From Acidimicrobiia bacterium (lineage in GTDB: Bacteria; Actinomycetota; Acidimicrobiia; Acidimicrobiales; JANYDT01), in assembly GCA_031406385.1 (NCBI GenBank), contig JANOHI010000019.1, positions 1-55,682 of the forward strand: a stretch of DNA of 55,682 nt. The letters run 5' to 3'. The notes beneath the pieces were generated by a model, which saw only the letters and a program-made list of their open reading frames with translations, searched no databases and was not told where the DNA came from. The position numbers and the translations under genes are program-made. Position 1 is the first letter of the stretch. Every line of letters begins with the position of its first letter. Positions 53,137-55,682 of the stretch are shown here, piece by piece.

Positions 53137-54059
53137 AAGTTGGTCTCTTTCGCATCAGGTCCGCCGACCGCTCGGGGACCGGTGCCTGCGGCACGGCACT
53201 GCTTGACGTCGCGATTCGAGTTCCGCTCACCTCGTGTGCATACCGCCACCAGCCGTTCGAGCGTCGAGGGATCCCAGGCATTCAGGAAGTCCGCATGCAG
53301 GCCGTTCACACCGCCCACACTCGTGACGAAGTCCGCTGCCGGGACCCGTCCCGCCGTAGACACCACGAGACGAAGCAGCGGAACAGCGACCGGATGCGTT
53401 GCCGGGCACTTCCCACCGACCGGAGCGACGGCGTTGCCGGGCGCCCCCAGACGCGCCCCATCCCAGCACTGCGGGAAGCTGAGCCGCACGGTCGTCGGCC
53501 CGGCGCAGGCCGGCGGCGACTCGCTCCATCCCTGCTCGTCGACGCCACGACCGCATGAAAACGCCACGACGTCAACACCCGGCGCCCGCCGAGACGTCGG
53601 TGATCCCGCGATCAGCTGCAGGCCGATCGGATACGGAACGATCCTCGAAGGAGCAACGGAGCCAACGCTGTAGTATGCGCGCATACGAGGACCCCACCCG
53701 GGACCTCGCAGCGTCGGCAACCAGTAGGCCGCCTTGTCGCCCGACTCGTTACAGGTCGTGGAACCTTCGGCCAGGGTTGTCGCGTTCGAGCGAGCCGTCG
53801 TCGAGACGTTGCCGAAGAAGTCGTGGCGGTGCGACGCCCCGGCGTGGCCGGGATGGACGATCGGGTCGTCGTTGGCGCTGTGGGAACGCCCGCACGTCAC
53901 CACGAAAGCGACCGACGGAAACGGCGTACGAGCGGGAGTTGCCGCAACTGCTCCCGTCGGCGACACGACTCCGACGGCCGATACCAGCGGGAAAGCCAAC
54001 ACGGCCGACGCCGCTGCGCGAACGGTAGCGATCAGACCCCGGCGATCCCGACCGACCAC
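53133..54059 (-). CDS. Secreted DUF1996 family protein
   Basis: DDPIVHPG...SHRHDFFGN, DKAAYWLPTL, FPQCWDG, LHADFLNAW. Confidence 0.85.
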   Translation of the reverse strand: MVGRDRRGLIATVRAAASAVLAFPLVSAVGVVSPTGAVAATPARTPFPSVAFVVTCGRSHSANDDPIVHPGHAGASHRHDFFGNVSTTARSNATTLAEGSTTCNESGDKAAYWLPTLRGPGWGPRMRAYYSVGSVAPSRIVPYPIGLQLIAGSPTSRRAPGVDVVAFSCGRGVDEQGWSESPPACAGPTTVRLSFPQCWDGARLGAPGNAVAPVGGKCPATHPVAVPLLRLVVSTAGRVPAADFVTSVGGVNGLHADFLNAWDPSTLERLVAVCTRGERNSNRDVKQCRAAGTGPRAVGGPDAKETNF

Positions 54060-54063
54060 CCGC

Positions 54064-55503
54064 TCATCCTCCCCGTTTGCGCACCCGCAACTTCAGCGGA
54101 GTCGATCCGAAATTGAACCGCTCACGAATGCGCCGCTCCAGGTAGCGCAGGAATTGCGGCGACAATTCGCGGTTGGCGAACAGCGTGAACGTAGGCGGGT
54201 CAGTTGCGCCCTGAGTCGCATAGAGGATCCGAGCTTCGCGACCGGGATGCATCTGCTGCGCCTCCTGCACGAGCTCGTTGAGCGCCCGGGTGGGAACACG
54301 CATGTGGTAGCTGCGCACCGAATCGCTGAGCAGCGGCAGGAGCTTGTGAACACCAAAACCAGAAAGCGCGCTTACCTTCAGCACCGGGGCGTAGGCGAGG
54401 AACTGCAGGCGGTCGGTCACGCTCACCTGGGCGGCCAACTTCTGGTCTTCGTTGAGGAGGTCCCACTTGTTGAGCTACACCACGATCGGACAACCTGAAG
54501 CGTCGATCCGCTCGGCCAGCCGCTGGTCCTGATGGGTGACGCCCTCACGGGCGTCGATCACCAGCACGGCGGCGTCGGCTTCATCGATGGCCTGCAGTGC
54601 CCGCACCAGGGAGAAGTACTCGGTGCCCTCATCGATCTTGCTCCGACGGCGCATGCCGGCCGTGTCGATGAAGCAGATCTGCCCTTCGGTTGTCTCGATC
54701 ACGGTGTCGACGGTGTCGCGCGTGGTGCCGGCCATGTCGTGGACGATCGAACGTTCGTCGCCGATGAGACGGTTGAACAGCGTCGACTTTCCGACGTTGG
54801 GCCGTCCGGCGATGACGACCTTTGGGGTCGCTCCCCCGCCGACACCGATCGTGTCGAACCTCGCCTCGTCCGATGCCCGTTCGTGGTCGAACGGCGCATT
54901 CTCGTCCTCGACGACCGGCTGTACCTGACGCTTCGCATCGGGGAGTTGCTCGAGCACCGCGTCGAGCACATCACCGGAACCGTTGCCGTGCAGCGCGCTG
55001 ACGGGCCACGGATCGCCAAGACCGAGACGCGTGAACTGCCAGATGTCGGGCATGCGGGTCTCACCGTCGACCTTGTTGACGATGAGGAACACCGACCCCT
55101 TCGGCCTACTCCGACGCAAGAGGTCGGCAACCCGCTCGTCCTCCTCGGTCAGCCCGACGGCAACGTCGACCACCATCAGGCACACGTCGGCGTCGGCGAT
55201 CGCTTTCTCGGCCGCCTCACTGACCTTGTCGTCGAGTTCCGAGCCCGACGCCAACCAACCGCCGGTGTCGGCGACGATGAAGGGAACGCCGTTCCACTCG
55301 GCCTCCACGTCCTTGCGGTCGCGGGTGACGCCCGGCTTCTCTTCGACAATTGCCTCTCGGCGCCCGACAAAACGGTTCAGCAGCGTCGACTTCCCGACAT
55401 TGGGACGACCGCAGATGACAACGACCGGCAACCCCCGGGGATTGCTCGGCGAAATGCGGGCCACAGCGGCGGCCCTCGATCGACGTTCGGTCTGTTCACT
55501 CAT
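54064..55503 (-). CDS. der: Ribosome biogenesis GTPase Der, interrupted by one in-frame TAG (54475-54477)
   Basis: Two GRPNVGKS P-loops, DTGG/DTAG, NKVD. After the TAG the same frame continues LNKWD... through the C-terminal KH-like domain (YLERRIRERFNFGSTP). Confidence 0.93.
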
Positions 55504-55576
55504 ACAACTCTCTGTTTCCTCAGCGCCGGTATCGGTGCATTCATCTGCGCGCGGACGAATCCGGAATCCGCATGGT

Positions 55577-55682
55577 TCACGACGGCGCTCCGACCATCAG
55601 GGCCTCGCGAAGTGCAATGCCATTGGTCGGGACAACCTCGACGGGCCGGGGAAGTTCCTCGGGACGGTTGCCGTCGAGGAAC
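55577..55682 (-). CDS. Possible 3' end of a gene upstream of der (truncated by window)
   Basis: Open frame ...FLDGNRPEELPRPVEVVPTNGIALREALMVGAPS* from the window edge; identity unknown. Confidence 0.35.
   Translation of the reverse strand, partial: FLDGNRPEELPRPVEVVPTNGIALREALMVGAPS

Noticed and set aside
54064-54438. Separate 124-aa gene
   Set aside because: It is the in-frame C-terminus of der after the TAG.

Overview
High-GC actinobacterial chromosome segment, probably Acidimicrobiia-like. That assignment is inferred from mshD, nucS, DUF222-HNH, AbiEi/DUF559-like genes and many apparently leaderless starts. About 50 CDSs; no rRNA, tRNA or CRISPR seen. Left to right: (1) the 3' end of a PfaA-like iterative PKS/FAS (ACP-KR-DH), a single-chain biotin-dependent carboxylase and a PPTase; (2) accessory genes (adk, flavin monooxygenase/TetR, DUF222-HNH); (3) hisC-B-H-A-hypothetical-nucS; (4) nth, mshD, rlmN, MaoC, LCP, PPK2; (5) a Liv-type ABC importer with an MFS-ATPase fusion and an amine oxidase; (6) an enolase-superfamily enzyme, ABC-F, menG-menF-decarboxylase and a leucine-catabolism-type operon; (7) an AbiEi/DUF559-like nuclease gene, fadD, ppa and der. 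Best candidates for something undescribed: (a) a toxin-less AbiEi-wHTH/Vsr-like nuclease gene bracketed by two inverted copies of a 73-bp double-hairpin repeat, with a third solo copy about 2.4 kb away, a REP/RAYT-like layout with a different enzyme; (b) a lipid synthase cluster whose ACP has Thr at the phosphopantetheine site and whose fused carboxylase has an eroded biotin-carboxylase domain; (c) an ABC importer with one ATPase fused to an MFS transporter. Also notable: an in-frame TAG in der, an unannotated 24-aa membrane peptide coupled to rlmN, and a PafBC-type promoter plus extreme C-over-G skew at the HNH gene. All family calls are by motif recognition, not database search.
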